The notes below the pieces were generated by a model, which saw only the letters and a program-made list of their open reading frames with translations, was not told the origin of the DNA and did not search any database. The position numbers and the translations under genes were made by a program. A stretch of DNA of 64,000 nucleotides, from positions 1 to 64,000 of IMG/VR virus record IMGVR_UViG_3300035695_000002; one strand, given 5' to 3'. Every line of letters starts with the position of its first letter. Within the stretch, counting starts at the first letter, position 1. The DNA comes from a virus. Positions 38,478 through 49,022 of the stretch are shown here, piece after piece.

Positions 38478-38666
38478 ATGAAATTTGAAGTAGATAAAGA
38501 TCAACTAGTAAAGTTGAAAAAATGGCAAGAATCTATAAAAGAAGTATTTGGAGAATATGGAAATTATGATTATATTTTCACACCCACAGGTATAGGAGAT
38601 GGTATAAAAGTAAGAAGTCACCTATCTAATACTATTATAGATTTAACAGATGTAAGTAAATGGTAA
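38478..38666 (+). CDS. Small hypothetical protein
   Basis: FTPTGIG..DLTD..W. Confidence 0.7.
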   Translation: MKFEVDKDQLVKLKKWQESIKEVFGEYGNYDYIFTPTGIGDGIKVRSHLSNTIIDLTDVSKW

Positions 38667-38669
38667 ATA

Positions 38670-39092
38670 ATGAATAAGAAAACAAAGAGAATTAAGGCTC
38701 CTAAGACAAGGAAAAGTAAGGTGGAGAAACCATTTAATAGTGGTACAATGAGTGTTAGTGCATTTTGGTCATTTATACGGTCTGCATTACGTCAGAAAAG
38801 TAGGTGGTGGAAACCCATCCTAGAATGTAAAAAGGCAGCTAGAAGGCCATACAAAGGTCCAATAAAGCGTCAAAAATGGGAGTACAAATGTAGTGTATGT
38901 GGTAATTATTTTCCAGAAAAACGTTGTTCTGTAGACCATATACATCCTTTAGGACAATTAAAAGATTATTCTGATTTACCGCATTTTGTAAAAACCTTAT
39001 TTTGCGAGGTAGATAATTTACAAGTGTTACATGATGAATGTCATAATAAAAAAACTAAATTAGAAAAAGATGCAAGAAATAGTGGAAGTTGA
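38670..39092 (+). CDS. HNH endonuclease
   Basis: RSALR..SRWW, CSVC, VDHI, NLQVL. Confidence 0.8.
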   Translation: MNKKTKRIKAPKTRKSKVEKPFNSGTMSVSAFWSFIRSALRQKSRWWKPILECKKAARRPYKGPIKRQKWEYKCSVCGNYFPEKRCSVDHIHPLGQLKDYSDLPHFVKTLFCEVDNLQVLHDECHNKKTKLEKDARNSGS

Positions 39093-39405
39093 GAATTTTA
39101 ATTACTATACAACAGAGGAGTTGTTTTACTACCTACTGGATAATCTAGTAATACCTCCAGATGAGGAATTTAAACAATGGAAGTACTATAAACAGGATAT
39201 GATTAGATTATGTGAAGAATATTATGATAAATATTATGGAGAAGGAAGAAAAGATTGATTTTGATGAAAATAATCCTTGTGATTTGCTAGAGGAGGCTCT
39301 ATTTTACCTGAATATGATTCCTAGGAAAAATATAAAGAGTGAAAATACAAAAGATAGCTACGAATTAGCTAGTTTGATAGATAAATACCTTAAAAATACA
39401 GAATA

Positions 39406-40452
39406 ATGATAAAAGGAAGCACAAAGACAGAAAAGGAATATAGGGCTACAGTAATGGATAGTAGTAGCAGTCTTAAGGAATTTTCCATAGACAGGAGAAA
39501 ATACTATAAAAAGTATGTCTTGGGAGAAAGAGTAACAGATGAAGAAGATACAAAAGCATCAGTTATTGGGCGTTTAGTGGAGACACTTCTGTTTGAGAAA
39601 GACGAATTTGATAATAGGTTTTTCATGAGTAGTACGGCTAAAGCTCCTACAGGTAATATGTTAGCCTTCGTTGAAGCTCTTTATAAGCATTCCAGAGACA
39701 ACAGTGATGAAGAGGGTAATATCACTATGGAATTTGGAGAAATAGTCAAATTAGCCCATAAAGACAGTGAGTATAAATGGAGTGTAGAAAAAGTGCTGGA
39801 AAAGTTTATTGGAACAGATAACGAGATATATTATAAGGAAATAAGAGAAGTGAGAAGTAAAGGACTTACGGTAGTTACAACAGATGATATTACTAACGCT
39901 GAGAGGATTGTAGAAGATCTCCAATCTAATGATATTACAGGTCCTATATTAAGTTTGGTTAATTCTGACAGATATACCATACTTAAACAGTTCCAGATAG
40001 AAGGATATGATATTGATGGGCTGCCATTGAAGTCCATGTTGGACTTGCTTATAATTGACCATAAGAAGAAAACTATACAATTCTATGATTTAAAATGTGT
40101 GTGGGCTGTAGAAAGTTTCTATGAAGAATATTATCTCTATCGTAGAGCATATATTCAAGCTTATTTGTATATGGAAGCTTGTAGAGAGTTAAAAGCAAGA
40201 GAAAATCTTGATTATTACACTGTTTTAGAGCCAAAATTCATTGTATGTGATAGTATCAACTATTACAGTCCATTGATTTATACACTAAATAGCGATGATT
40301 TACAGGATGCATATTTAGGGTTTGAACATAAAGGAAGGAAGTTTCCTGGTGTGAAGTCTATTATAGAGGACTTGGTTTGGGCTAAAAAGGAGAATAGATG
40401 GGCCATAAGCAAAACAAATTATCTAAATGGAGGATTAGTTCCTATAAAATAG
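39406..40452 (+). CDS. PD-(D/E)XK exonuclease (RecE/DUF3799-like)
   Basis: SSSSLK, G.LVE, KSMLD..DLK, Y.QA.LY. Confidence 0.8.
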   Translation: MIKGSTKTEKEYRATVMDSSSSLKEFSIDRRKYYKKYVLGERVTDEEDTKASVIGRLVETLLFEKDEFDNRFFMSSTAKAPTGNMLAFVEALYKHSRDNSDEEGNITMEFGEIVKLAHKDSEYKWSVEKVLEKFIGTDNEIYYKEIREVRSKGLTVVTTDDITNAERIVEDLQSNDITGPILSLVNSDRYTILKQFQIEGYDIDGLPLKSMLDLLIIDHKKKTIQFYDLKCVWAVESFYEEYYLYRRAYIQAYLYMEACRELKARENLDYYTVLEPKFIVCDSINYYSPLIYTLNSDDLQDAYLGFEHKGRKFPGVKSIIEDLVWAKKENRWAISKTNYLNGGLVPIK

Positions 40453-40454
40453 AA

Positions 40455-41207
40455 ATGGATATTTCTGGAATATATACTATCACTTGTTTAATTAATAACA
40501 AGATATATGTAGGTAAAAGTAAGAATCTTTTCACAAGAGAAGATGATCATTTTCAATCCTTAAAAAACAAATCTCATCATAATTATCATTTACAAAAAGC
40601 ATTTGATAAATATGGTGAGAAATGCTTTATATATGAGATTTTGGTCGAATGTGATGAAAATTTATTATATTCAGAAGAGCACTACTGGTGCAACTTATTA
40701 AATGTCCATAATAGAAATTATGGATATAATATTAGACCAACCCATCCTGAAGGTAAATCTGGGGTTTCGGAAAATACTAAAAAGTTAATATCTAATGCTT
40801 TTAAGAAACCGATAATAATTTTGAATCCAAGAGGAGAATTCATAGATAGGTGTGAAAGTATAACAGAAACTCATAATAAATTTAAAATAGGAACTTCTAC
40901 TATATCTAAAATATTACTAGGTAAATATAAAACTTATACTAAATATATTCTTCTTTACGAAAAGGATTATGAAAAAAATAAACAATACTCATTACCTACC
41001 AAACCTAAAGAAAGATATAGAAAAGGAGTAGAAGTTTTAATGTATGATTTGGAAGGAAATCTTATAAGAGAATGGAAAAGTTTAACTGAAGCTGCGAATT
41101 TTATTAGTTCTAAGGTATATAGTTTATTTAGAGTAATAAAAGGAAGAAGAGGTAAGAAAAGTAAAACAAACGAGTTCAAAAATTATGTATGGAAATATAA
41201 ACAATAA
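40455..41207 (+). CDS. GIY-YIG homing endonuclease with NUMOD1-like C-terminus
   Basis: SGIYTI..KIYVG.S, HHNYHLQ, YGYNI, YDLEGN.IREW.S..EAA. Confidence 0.9.
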   Translation: MDISGIYTITCLINNKIYVGKSKNLFTREDDHFQSLKNKSHHNYHLQKAFDKYGEKCFIYEILVECDENLLYSEEHYWCNLLNVHNRNYGYNIRPTHPEGKSGVSENTKKLISNAFKKPIIILNPRGEFIDRCESITETHNKFKIGTSTISKILLGKYKTYTKYILLYEKDYEKNKQYSLPTKPKERYRKGVEVLMYDLEGNLIREWKSLTEAANFISSKVYSLFRVIKGRRGKKSKTNEFKNYVWKYKQ

Positions 41208-41210
41208 TGA

Positions 41211-41762
41211 ATGGAATTAAAAAAATCAATTAACACTATATTCATAGTGCCGACGCTAGGAATAGATAGAGAAAAACTTAGAATTAACGGGTTTTTAAAT
41301 GGATATTCGCGTGATATAGATAAAGAAATAAATTATGAAAATTCGGTATATTTGCTCTTTAGACCTCCGAATATGGATAGGTTTAAGGAGTTTACTGATG
41401 ATGAGTATGATCGAACTTCATCATTAATAGATGATTATGATCCGTGTCCAAAATTCGTTGTTTTGGTATATTCTCTCAATCCTAAGTTTAAAGAGGATTT
41501 TGAGCTAATTAAGCAGGGAAAATATTCTAAGACTTCTCAGGAGTTTAAAGCTTTATTTCCTAAGATAGTGAAGGTGATTAAAAAAGGTGTCCCTAGAGAA
41601 GAAACATCCTTACAATATCAAATATTCAATAAATCTGATAGTTTGAGAGAATATTGGGAGAGTAGGATAGCTATGGATTTTAAGGATGATATGGAGGTAT
41701 GGAATAACTTCGATTTGGAAAAAGAGACATTAAATATAGATAGAGTTAAAGAATTAATATGA
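41211..41762 (+). CDS. Conserved phage hypothetical protein
   Basis: GKYSK motif; ORF in replication block. Confidence 0.7.
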   Translation: MELKKSINTIFIVPTLGIDREKLRINGFLNGYSRDIDKEINYENSVYLLFRPPNMDRFKEFTDDEYDRTSSLIDDYDPCPKFVVLVYSLNPKFKEDFELIKQGKYSKTSQEFKALFPKIVKVIKKGVPREETSLQYQIFNKSDSLREYWESRIAMDFKDDMEVWNNFDLEKETLNIDRVKELI

Positions 41763-42262
41763 AAATGGAATGGAAAGTATTAAAAGAATCTTCAAAAAAT
41801 CCATTACCTACAAATAAGCAAATAATTGAATTTATGGAACAAGAGAAACAAAAAGAGGAAATGAAGGGGTTATTAGAAAAATACCCAAAAGCAGCTAAAA
41901 TAGTGAATGAATACTATTTAGCTAAATTATTAGAGAGTTTGAACGATAAAGGGCTTCCTGATGATTTTAAAGAACATGTAAAACAGCAAGGACTCCCAGA
42001 GACACAAATAGTGAGTTTAATGGAGGTTAATCCTTATGCTCTAGTGGATGTATTTGATCAGAATAAGATACCCATACATATTGTAGTAAATAGTAAATTA
42101 GATGATGATAGGAATGTAAAAAGTGTTACTTTTGGTGTTATTATAGCTATGGGATCTAATGATATGAAAACTGTTACAGAATGGTTTCCTACCAGAAAAG
42201 AAGCAGAGAAAGTAGCAATTATTGAGGCATTTGGAATATTAGAAGAAAAATTAACCAAATAA
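41759..42262 (+). CDS. Hypothetical protein
   Basis: TRKEAE..AI.EAF motif. Confidence 0.7.
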   Translation: MKMEWKVLKESSKNPLPTNKQIIEFMEQEKQKEEMKGLLEKYPKAAKIVNEYYLAKLLESLNDKGLPDDFKEHVKQQGLPETQIVSLMEVNPYALVDVFDQNKIPIHIVVNSKLDDDRNVKSVTFGVIIAMGSNDMKTVTEWFPTRKEAEKVAIIEAFGILEEKLTK

Positions 42263-42265
42263 ACT

Positions 42266-42583
42266 ATGGGATTTAGAGTGATAGAAGAAGAAAATGAGAC
42301 AATAGTCAAAATGGCATCCACTAATGATATGTGGTATAATTTTGACAAAACTATTGAAGAATTATTTGAATTAGGAGAAGTGTTAATGAAAAAGAAGCTC
42401 AAAAAAGGAGCAGAGAAAGAACCTTCTGATCAAGCAATTATAGAAGAAATAGGAGACGTTTTCATTAGATTGGAAGTTCTTAAACTATTGTTTGGTTCTA
42501 TAGAAGTGGAAAAGAGAATAGAAGAGAAATTAGCCAAATTTGAAGGGTTTTATAAAGAAGGTAAATATATAGGGAGTATATGA
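42266..42583 (+). CDS. mazG: MazG-like NTP pyrophosphohydrolase
   Basis: EELFEL...EEIGDV. Confidence 0.75.
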   Translation: MGFRVIEEENETIVKMASTNDMWYNFDKTIEELFELGEVLMKKKLKKGAEKEPSDQAIIEEIGDVFIRLEVLKLLFGSIEVEKRIEEKLAKFEGFYKEGKYIGSI

Positions 42584-43254
42584 ATGTAAAATTAGTAAGT
42601 GTAACAAAATCATTAATTGAAGGAAAAGAACTAACAGCAGAAGAACTTCTAGTGTATATAGCAAGAGTATCAAATCCTTCAAATCAGATGAATACTGAGA
42701 CTTCTGATAAATTGATTGGTTATTTGATTAAGAATAAGCACTGGAGTCCTTTTGATATGATTAACCTAACAGTAGAAGTAACCACTAGTAAAGCTGTAGG
42801 TATTCAAATCTTGCGTCATTGGAGTATAAAACCACAAGAATTCAGTCAAAGGTATGCTGAAGTAGTGGATATTGAGCCAATTGAGCTTAGAAAACAAGGA
42901 GCTACAAATAGACAAGTAGGAGATGAAGTATTCGATCCTGTTCTTGAGTTAGCTGATGTAGAAACAAATGAGCCACAAAAAGCAAGTAATGTAATAAATG
43001 TTTATTTAAGTTATAGCAAAATGGTTTATCAATCTCTGTTAAAAGCAGGTGTGGCTAAAGAATGTGCTAGAATGATACTTCCTATGGCTACAAGTACAAC
43101 ATTATACTTGAATGGTAGTGTTAGAAGCTGGATACATTATTTAGAGCAACGCACTAGTCAACATGCTCAAAAGGAACATAGGGATGTGGCTAAATTAATA
43201 GAAAACATATTTAAACAACAGTTTCCAGCCACTGTAAAAGCTTTGAATTTATGA
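42580..43254 (+). CDS. thyX: FAD-dependent thymidylate synthase
   Basis: ARVS, HWSPF, RH-x7-S (RHWSIKPQEFSQRY), EHR. Confidence 0.95.
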   Translation: MNVKLVSVTKSLIEGKELTAEELLVYIARVSNPSNQMNTETSDKLIGYLIKNKHWSPFDMINLTVEVTTSKAVGIQILRHWSIKPQEFSQRYAEVVDIEPIELRKQGATNRQVGDEVFDPVLELADVETNEPQKASNVINVYLSYSKMVYQSLLKAGVAKECARMILPMATSTTLYLNGSVRSWIHYLEQRTSQHAQKEHRDVAKLIENIFKQQFPATVKALNL

Positions 43255-44048
43255 AAGAACAAGGACAGCGTTTTAATGAGGGGAAATTGAGGTATGATCT
43301 ATTGGAACCATATGCTATTGAGCAATTAGTGAAAATATTCACTATGGGTAGTAAAAAGTATGCTCCCCACAATTGGATGAAAGGGCTTCCTTGGATGGAT
43401 GTTATTTCCTCTTTAGAAAGACATTTGGCAGAATTCAAGAAAGGGGAAGACTTTGACAAAGAAAGTCAATTATTACACATGGCTCATTGTGCGTGGAATG
43501 CATTGGCTATTGTTAGCTATTATAAATATAGACCAGAATTTGATAATAGACAACATATGTATTTAAAAAGACCTAAAATAGGACTTGATATAGATGATGT
43601 TATCTGTGACTTTTTAGGAGGATATTGTGATAAATTTGGTGTAAATGAATGTAAACACTGGTATTCTCATTATGATACAGGAAAACATTTAGAAGAAGCT
43701 ATTAAAAACAGTGATTTCTATTTAGGATTGAAACCTAGGATTAAACCAGAGGATATTCCTTTTGAGCCTCATTGCTATATCACCTCTCGTAGTATCCCTG
43801 TAGAATGGACAGAAAAATGGATACAGGATAATGGATTTGCTACTAAAAAGGTGTATACTATACCGTTTGGAGCTTCTAAAGTGGAAATAGCCAAACAAGC
43901 AGGAATTGATATATTTGTTGATGACAGATATGAAAATTTCGTAGAATTAAATAATGCTGGTATTTGTACCTTCTTAATGGATGCTCCTCATAACAAAAAA
44001 TACGATGTCGGATATAAGAGGATTTATTCATTAAAAGAATTAGTATAA
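43251..44048 (+). CDS. dATP/dGTP diphosphohydrolase (DUF5664-like) fused to HAD 5'-nucleotidase-like domain
   Basis: GK.RYDL, G..KY..HNW.KG, RH, D.ES.L.HMAH; then DIDDV, ITSR, FVDD. Confidence 0.85.
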   Translation: MKEQGQRFNEGKLRYDLLEPYAIEQLVKIFTMGSKKYAPHNWMKGLPWMDVISSLERHLAEFKKGEDFDKESQLLHMAHCAWNALAIVSYYKYRPEFDNRQHMYLKRPKIGLDIDDVICDFLGGYCDKFGVNECKHWYSHYDTGKHLEEAIKNSDFYLGLKPRIKPEDIPFEPHCYITSRSIPVEWTEKWIQDNGFATKKVYTIPFGASKVEIAKQAGIDIFVDDRYENFVELNNAGICTFLMDAPHNKKYDVGYKRIYSLKELV

Positions 44049-44070
44049 CTGAGAATATTATGAGAATACA

Positions 44071-44101
44071 TTTGGAAAAGAGGATAAGGATGCTTAAATT
44101 G
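44071..44101 (+). promoter_or_regulatory. Variant Bacteroidota-type promoter for RNR
   Basis: TTTG-N20-TAAATTG. Confidence 0.55.
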
Positions 44102-44139
44102 TATCCCGTTTTTCTTTTAACAATTAAATTATATAAAAT

Positions 44140-46062
44140 ATGGTAGATGTAGAACAGCTTAGTAAAGAGGTGAGGACACCTTGGGGAGAACTTGGTTATA
44201 TTGTATTAAAAAGAACATATAGCCGAAGACTCAAAGAAGATGATCCTAATAGTAAAACTGAGGAATTTTGGCAAATTATTCAAAGGGAGTTAGAAGCATG
44301 TAGAAAACAACTAAAAGTGGGATTTACTCCTGAAGAAGAGGAGAAGTATGCCAGATATAGACTAGGGTTGAAATTTAGTACTGCTGGAAGATTTATGTGG
44401 CAATTAGGCACTAAAACAGTAGATAAATTAGGACTGCCAAGTTTGCAAAATTGCTCATTTGTCACTATCAATCAGCCAATTAGACCTTTTACATGGGCTT
44501 TTGAAATGTTAATGTTAGGAAGTGGTGTAGGATTTAATATTCAGAAAGAAAATGTCTATCAATTGCCCAAATTAAAAGGAAAGGTGAAAGTTGAAAGAGA
44601 AGACACTAATGATGCTGATTTTATAGTTCCAGATAGTAGGGAAGGATGGGTGAAGTTGTTAGGGAAGCTTTTAAAGGCTCATTTCTATAACGGTGAAGGA
44701 TTTACATTCTCCACTGTTTGTGTGAGAGGAAAAGGTGCTCCTATTAAGGGATTTGGGGGTACAGCTAGTGGTCCAGAAGAACTTTGTTGGGGAATCTTGG
44801 AAATTAATAAGCTTTTGAACGCCAGAGCTAATAAAAAACTCAGACCTATAGATTGCCTTGATATAATGAATATCATAGGATATATTGTGGTAAGCGGAAA
44901 TGTGCGAAGAAGTGCAGAAATAGCTATTGGAGACTATGATGATGTTGAATTTTTAAAGGCTAAACGATGGGATTTGGGAACTATTCCTAATTGGAGAAGT
45001 ATGAGTAATAACTCTATATATGCTCCTAGGGATATAGACGACCTTCCTCAAGAGTATTGGGATACCTATGAACAAGGTGAGCCTTATGGGCTTATAAACC
45101 TTGAATTAGCCAAGGCTTGTGGTAGAACAGGAGAAACTAAATATCCAGATATGGGTGTAGAAGGATTTAATCCTTGTGCAGAACAGAGTTTGAATAATTT
45201 TGAGACTTGTTGTCTATCTGAGATATATCTTCCTAATATAGAGAGTTTTGAGGAGCTTTTAGATGTTTTACAGTATACTTACAGAGTGAATAAACATTCT
45301 TTAGCTTTACATTGCTCTATGAAGGAAACTGAGGACATTGTACACAAGAATATGAGGATGGGTATAGGAATGACAGGTATTCTACAAGCTACTCCAGAAC
45401 AAAGAGAATGGCTTAAAGATGCTTATCAGGAACTTAGATATTACGATCAATATTATTCAAATTTAAAAGGATTTCCTACGTCTATAAAGCTCACAACAGT
45501 GAAGCCTTCAGGAACTTTAAGTTTGTTAGCTGGAGTAACTCCAGGTGTACATCCTAATCCTGCTGGACCTCACTATTTTAGAAGAGTGAGAATGAGCACT
45601 AATAGTCCTTTAGTGGATTTATGTAAGAAACACGGTTATCACACAGAGCCTGCTATAGAATTTGATGGTAGTATGAGTAAAACCACTATGGTAGTGACAT
45701 TCCCTTGTAAAATAGGAGAAAATGTCCCTGTAGAGAGTAATTTTACATATACACAGCAATTGAATATGGTGAGGAGGATGCAAAAAGAATGGAGTGATAA
45801 TTCTGTTAGTTGCACTGTATATTATAAAAAGGAAGATATTGATGGTATTAAGGAATATTTGAAGAAATATTTCTCAAATGAGCTTAAAACTGTATCTTTC
45901 CTACTAAGTCAGACACATGGATTTAAACAAGCTCCTTATGAAACTATTACAGAAGAACAATATAATGAAGCCATAAAAGGTGTCATTCCTATTACTTCTG
46001 GTAATATTTCAGAAGATAGTTTTGAAATTCAAGAATGCTTGGGTGCTTGCCCAATTAAGTAA
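44140..46062 (+). CDS. nrdJ: Class II (B12-dependent, monomeric type) ribonucleotide reductase
   Basis: RTYSR, LQNC, PDSREGW, NPCAE, VKPSGT, C-terminal CxxxCP. Confidence 0.93.
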   Translation: MVDVEQLSKEVRTPWGELGYIVLKRTYSRRLKEDDPNSKTEEFWQIIQRELEACRKQLKVGFTPEEEEKYARYRLGLKFSTAGRFMWQLGTKTVDKLGLPSLQNCSFVTINQPIRPFTWAFEMLMLGSGVGFNIQKENVYQLPKLKGKVKVEREDTNDADFIVPDSREGWVKLLGKLLKAHFYNGEGFTFSTVCVRGKGAPIKGFGGTASGPEELCWGILEINKLLNARANKKLRPIDCLDIMNIIGYIVVSGNVRRSAEIAIGDYDDVEFLKAKRWDLGTIPNWRSMSNNSIYAPRDIDDLPQEYWDTYEQGEPYGLINLELAKACGRTGETKYPDMGVEGFNPCAEQSLNNFETCCLSEIYLPNIESFEELLDVLQYTYRVNKHSLALHCSMKETEDIVHKNMRMGIGMTGILQATPEQREWLKDAYQELRYYDQYYSNLKGFPTSIKLTTVKPSGTLSLLAGVTPGVHPNPAGPHYFRRVRMSTNSPLVDLCKKHGYHTEPAIEFDGSMSKTTMVVTFPCKIGENVPVESNFTYTQQLNMVRRMQKEWSDNSVSCTVYYKKEDIDGIKEYLKKYFSNELKTVSFLLSQTHGFKQAPYETITEEQYNEAIKGVIPITSGNISEDSFEIQECLGACPIK

Positions 46063-46080
46063 AAATTTGTTTTTGTTTTT

Positions 46081-46113
46081 AGGAGGGGAATGCTTGCATT
46101 CTTCTCCTTTTTT
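46081..46113 (+). terminator. Rho-independent terminator
   Basis: AGGAGGGGAATG..CATTCTTCTCCT followed by T run. Confidence 0.8.
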
Positions 46114-46124
46114 ATTTACATTTG
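46093..46124 (+). promoter_or_regulatory. Bacteroidota promoter for recA operon, overlapping terminator
   Basis: CTTG-N20-TACATTTG. Confidence 0.8.
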
Positions 46125-46138
46125 TAAAAAATTAAACT

Positions 46139-47185
46139 ATGGCAAAAAAAATAGAGAAACTAGAAGGTAAAAGTAAATTACAAGAAGTATTGGATTCTTT
46201 AAATAAGAAATACGGGGAGAATAGTGTACTAACTTTTGATAATAAATCAGTGGGAAATTATGATATTATCTCTTCTGGTAGCATAGGATTAGACTACATA
46301 ACCCTAGGTATCGGAGGTTTTGCTAAAGGTAAAATGTATGAATTAATGGGGTGGGAAGGATCTGGTAAATCAACAATATGTGGTCATGTTGTAGCCGAAT
46401 GTCAAAAGCAAGGAGGTAAGGTACTCTATATAGATGGCGAACACGCAGTTGATAAGGATTATTTTAAAGCTCTTGGAGTAGATACAGAGAAAATGTTAAT
46501 CTCTCAACCCTCTTCAGGAGAAGAAGGTTTTAATATTGCTTTAGAGGTAATAAATAGTGGAGAAATAGACTTAATTGTGATTGATAGTGATAGTTCATTA
46601 ATCCCTAAAGCAGTGCTTGATGGCGATGTTGGAGATTCTTCAATTGGTAAAAAAGCTCGCCTGAATAGTAATGCTTATCCTAAATTGAAAAGTGCATTAT
46701 CTGAGAAAAATGTATGTTTGATTATTGTATCTCAATATAGAGAAAAAATTGGAATAATGTTCGGTAATCCTACAACGACTCAGGGGGGACATGCGTTAAA
46801 ATATTATACAGATTGTAGAATAGAAGTAAGTAAGTCTTTAGCTAAAGAGGGGGATGTGGCTTATGGTAATACAACCAAGTTAAAATCTACAAAAAATAAA
46901 ATGTGTGCTCCTTACAGATTAACATCCTTTGAGGTGAAATTTGGACAAGGAATAGATAGAATGAAAGAAATTATAGAATTAGCCTCTGAGTTTGAAATTA
47001 TCAAAAAATGGGGAAAATCTATCACTGTATCAGAATATAAAGGATTTCCAGAAGCAAAATATACAGAGGTTGAATTTATGGAAAAACTCCAAAATTATGA
47101 AACTTTCAACGATTTACGTCAAAGAATTATAGAGAAAATCCAACAATCGGATTTAAAAGTAGAAGAACCAATAGAAACAGAATAA
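46139..47185 (+). CDS. recA: RecA recombinase
   Basis: GWEGSGKST, IDGEHA, IVIDS, QYREKIG.MFG.P.T.QGG.AL. Confidence 0.96.
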   Translation: MAKKIEKLEGKSKLQEVLDSLNKKYGENSVLTFDNKSVGNYDIISSGSIGLDYITLGIGGFAKGKMYELMGWEGSGKSTICGHVVAECQKQGGKVLYIDGEHAVDKDYFKALGVDTEKMLISQPSSGEEGFNIALEVINSGEIDLIVIDSDSSLIPKAVLDGDVGDSSIGKKARLNSNAYPKLKSALSEKNVCLIIVSQYREKIGIMFGNPTTTQGGHALKYYTDCRIEVSKSLAKEGDVAYGNTTKLKSTKNKMCAPYRLTSFEVKFGQGIDRMKEIIELASEFEIIKKWGKSITVSEYKGFPEAKYTEVEFMEKLQNYETFNDLRQRIIEKIQQSDLKVEEPIETE

Positions 47186-47646
47186 TGAGAAAGATATGTA
47201 GGGAGGAGAAGTGTAATAACTATGTATGGGGAAGTGGTTATTGTATATGTCATCAACCTAAGAAACCATTAAAAAGATCTCCTCTTCCTAAAATAGGAAA
47301 ATCCATATATAAAGCAAAGGAAGAGGAAACGTTTGAAGAAACACTTACAAAAGCAATAAATACTATTTCTGAAAGAAACCTATTCTTTTTGTCTATATGG
47401 CAACAGAGACCTCATAAATCTGAGATTTCTGGAGAATGGTTATCACAAGACTTGGATGGATTACCCTCCTCCTCTGCTTACTTCCATCATATAATTCCTA
47501 AAAGTAAGCTAAAAGAGGCAGAATATGATCCAGACAATATAATATTATTAACTATAAATGAGCATTCGAATGTTGAAATGGATGTCTATAGATATGAAGA
47601 AATTAGCAAAAGACGAGAACAATTAAAAATTAAATACAAATTATGA
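47185..47646 (+). CDS. HNH-like nuclease
   Basis: SEISG, FHHIIPKS, NIILL...H. Confidence 0.65.
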   Translation: MRKICREEKCNNYVWGSGYCICHQPKKPLKRSPLPKIGKSIYKAKEEETFEETLTKAINTISERNLFFLSIWQQRPHKSEISGEWLSQDLDGLPSSSAYFHHIIPKSKLKEAEYDPDNIILLTINEHSNVEMDVYRYEEISKRREQLKIKYKL

Positions 47647-47981
47647 ACAAAAACCAATTTTTCTACACAAGAAAAGAAACAATTAAAATGCCCACAGGAG
47701 AACTTTCTCTTAGCTCCACACCTCCTTATGCGGAAAAGATTGTAGAATTCAAAGATAGCTTTAATTACAACAAGGTTATTAGAACTAGGGAGCTAGAAGA
47801 TCATACAATATTAGTAGTGTTAGACGATTTTCATGAGGAAATGAGGGAAGTACCAGGATTTCATCCTAAAACAAGGAAACCCACAGGTGTATATGTAAAA
47901 GAGCGCAATACATATCAAAGTGAGATAGTGCTTTCAAAAGAAGACGGAGATAGACTTTCTAAAATTATATCAATTGATTAA
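47643..47981 (+). CDS. Conserved hypothetical protein
   Basis: FFYTR, LDDFHE, QSEI. Confidence 0.7.
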   Translation: MNKNQFFYTRKETIKMPTGELSLSSTPPYAEKIVEFKDSFNYNKVIRTRELEDHTILVVLDDFHEEMREVPGFHPKTRKPTGVYVKERNTYQSEIVLSKEDGDRLSKIISID

Positions 47982-47982
47982 C

Positions 47983-48270
47983 ATGAAAATACTAGGAAAT
48001 AGGGTGTATTTAAATCTTCCTAAGATAGAGGAGAGTAAATTTAGCATATCTGATGAGCTTAAAAAGGAGCTGCGAGAAAAAGAGATTCAGAAATTTGATA
48101 AACTTACAGTGTATGCTGTGGGAGAAGGTATTCCTGGAATTACAATAAGTGTAAAAGTAGGGGATAAAGTATTTGCAGATCCAGTTGCTATACGTAGAGG
48201 AACCATCTTAAAAATAGAGGATAAGGAATTAATTTGTGTTAATTCTCAAGATATAATGCATGTATGGTAA
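47983..48270 (+). CDS. groES: GroES/Cpn10-like co-chaperonin
   Basis: LGNRV, V.AVGEG, VKVGDKV, DI. Confidence 0.75.
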   Translation: MKILGNRVYLNLPKIEESKFSISDELKKELREKEIQKFDKLTVYAVGEGIPGITISVKVGDKVFADPVAIRRGTILKIEDKELICVNSQDIMHVW

Positions 48271-49022
48271 GTTGGAAATGTACAACAATGGGAAGAGTGT
48301 CAACATTAGAGGAGACACTCTTCTCTTTTTTAAATCAGAGTGATTTAAATGACTGTGAAATGGTGATAGTTAATGACTATCCCTTACAAAACCTTATATT
48401 CAATCATCCCCAAGTAAGGATATTCAATATTAAGGAGCCGTTTAAAACTATTGGTGAAAAGGAGAATTTTGCTATAGAACAGTGTAAAGGGGATATTATA
48501 GCTGTTACAGATGACGATGATGTGTATTTATCCAATCACAATACTAATATAAGGAAGTATTTTACTCCAGAGAGCAGTGTATTACATTGGGATGGAGTAT
48601 ACTATAATGAGCCTGAAATCACATCTCTTGTATTTATAGGGAATTCAGGTATGGTGTATAGTAAAAGAGCTTGGGAAGAGGTGGGAAAATGTCCCATAAT
48701 GAATGCTGGAGGAGATACAACATTTGCTGACAGTATTCATAAATTACACAAATGGACACACGGAAAACCTCCTAGAGGAGAAGAGAGTGCATTTTACAGA
48801 TGGAGTCTTCCAGGTGGGGGCGGTATATATCATCAATCAGGGGCTGGTTTTGATGTAGAGGGAAAGCCTAATATCATCCAGAGACACAGTGCTCATGTAG
48901 AACATCTTAGAAGACTAGGACTTATTCCTACAGGGGATATTGTTCTAAAACCAAATTGGAAGTATGATTATGAACAATTATTAAAAGACTATGTTTCTAG
49001 AGATATTGCTACCAACGTATAA
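48264..49022 (+). CDS. GT2-family glycosyltransferase
   Basis: EMVIVND, IGEK.N, GDIIAVTDDDD. Confidence 0.85.
   Translation: MVSWKCTTMGRVSTLEETLFSFLNQSDLNDCEMVIVNDYPLQNLIFNHPQVRIFNIKEPFKTIGEKENFAIEQCKGDIIAVTDDDDVYLSNHNTNIRKYFTPESSVLHWDGVYYNEPEITSLVFIGNSGMVYSKRAWEEVGKCPIMNAGGDTTFADSIHKLHKWTHGKPPRGEESAFYRWSLPGGGGIYHQSGAGFDVEGKPNIIQRHSAHVEHLRRLGLIPTGDIVLKPNWKYDYEQLLKDYVSRDIATNV

Noticed and set aside
22930-41207. Group I introns or inteins around the homing endonucleases
   Set aside because: Flanking genes appear complete, intergenic gaps are too short for intron cores, and protein sizes leave no room for inteins
430-44876. Short minus-strand ORFs overlapping + strand genes (e.g. 20939..21418, 17706..18086, 42058..42402)
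   Set aside because: Antisense shadows of real genes, with no motifs
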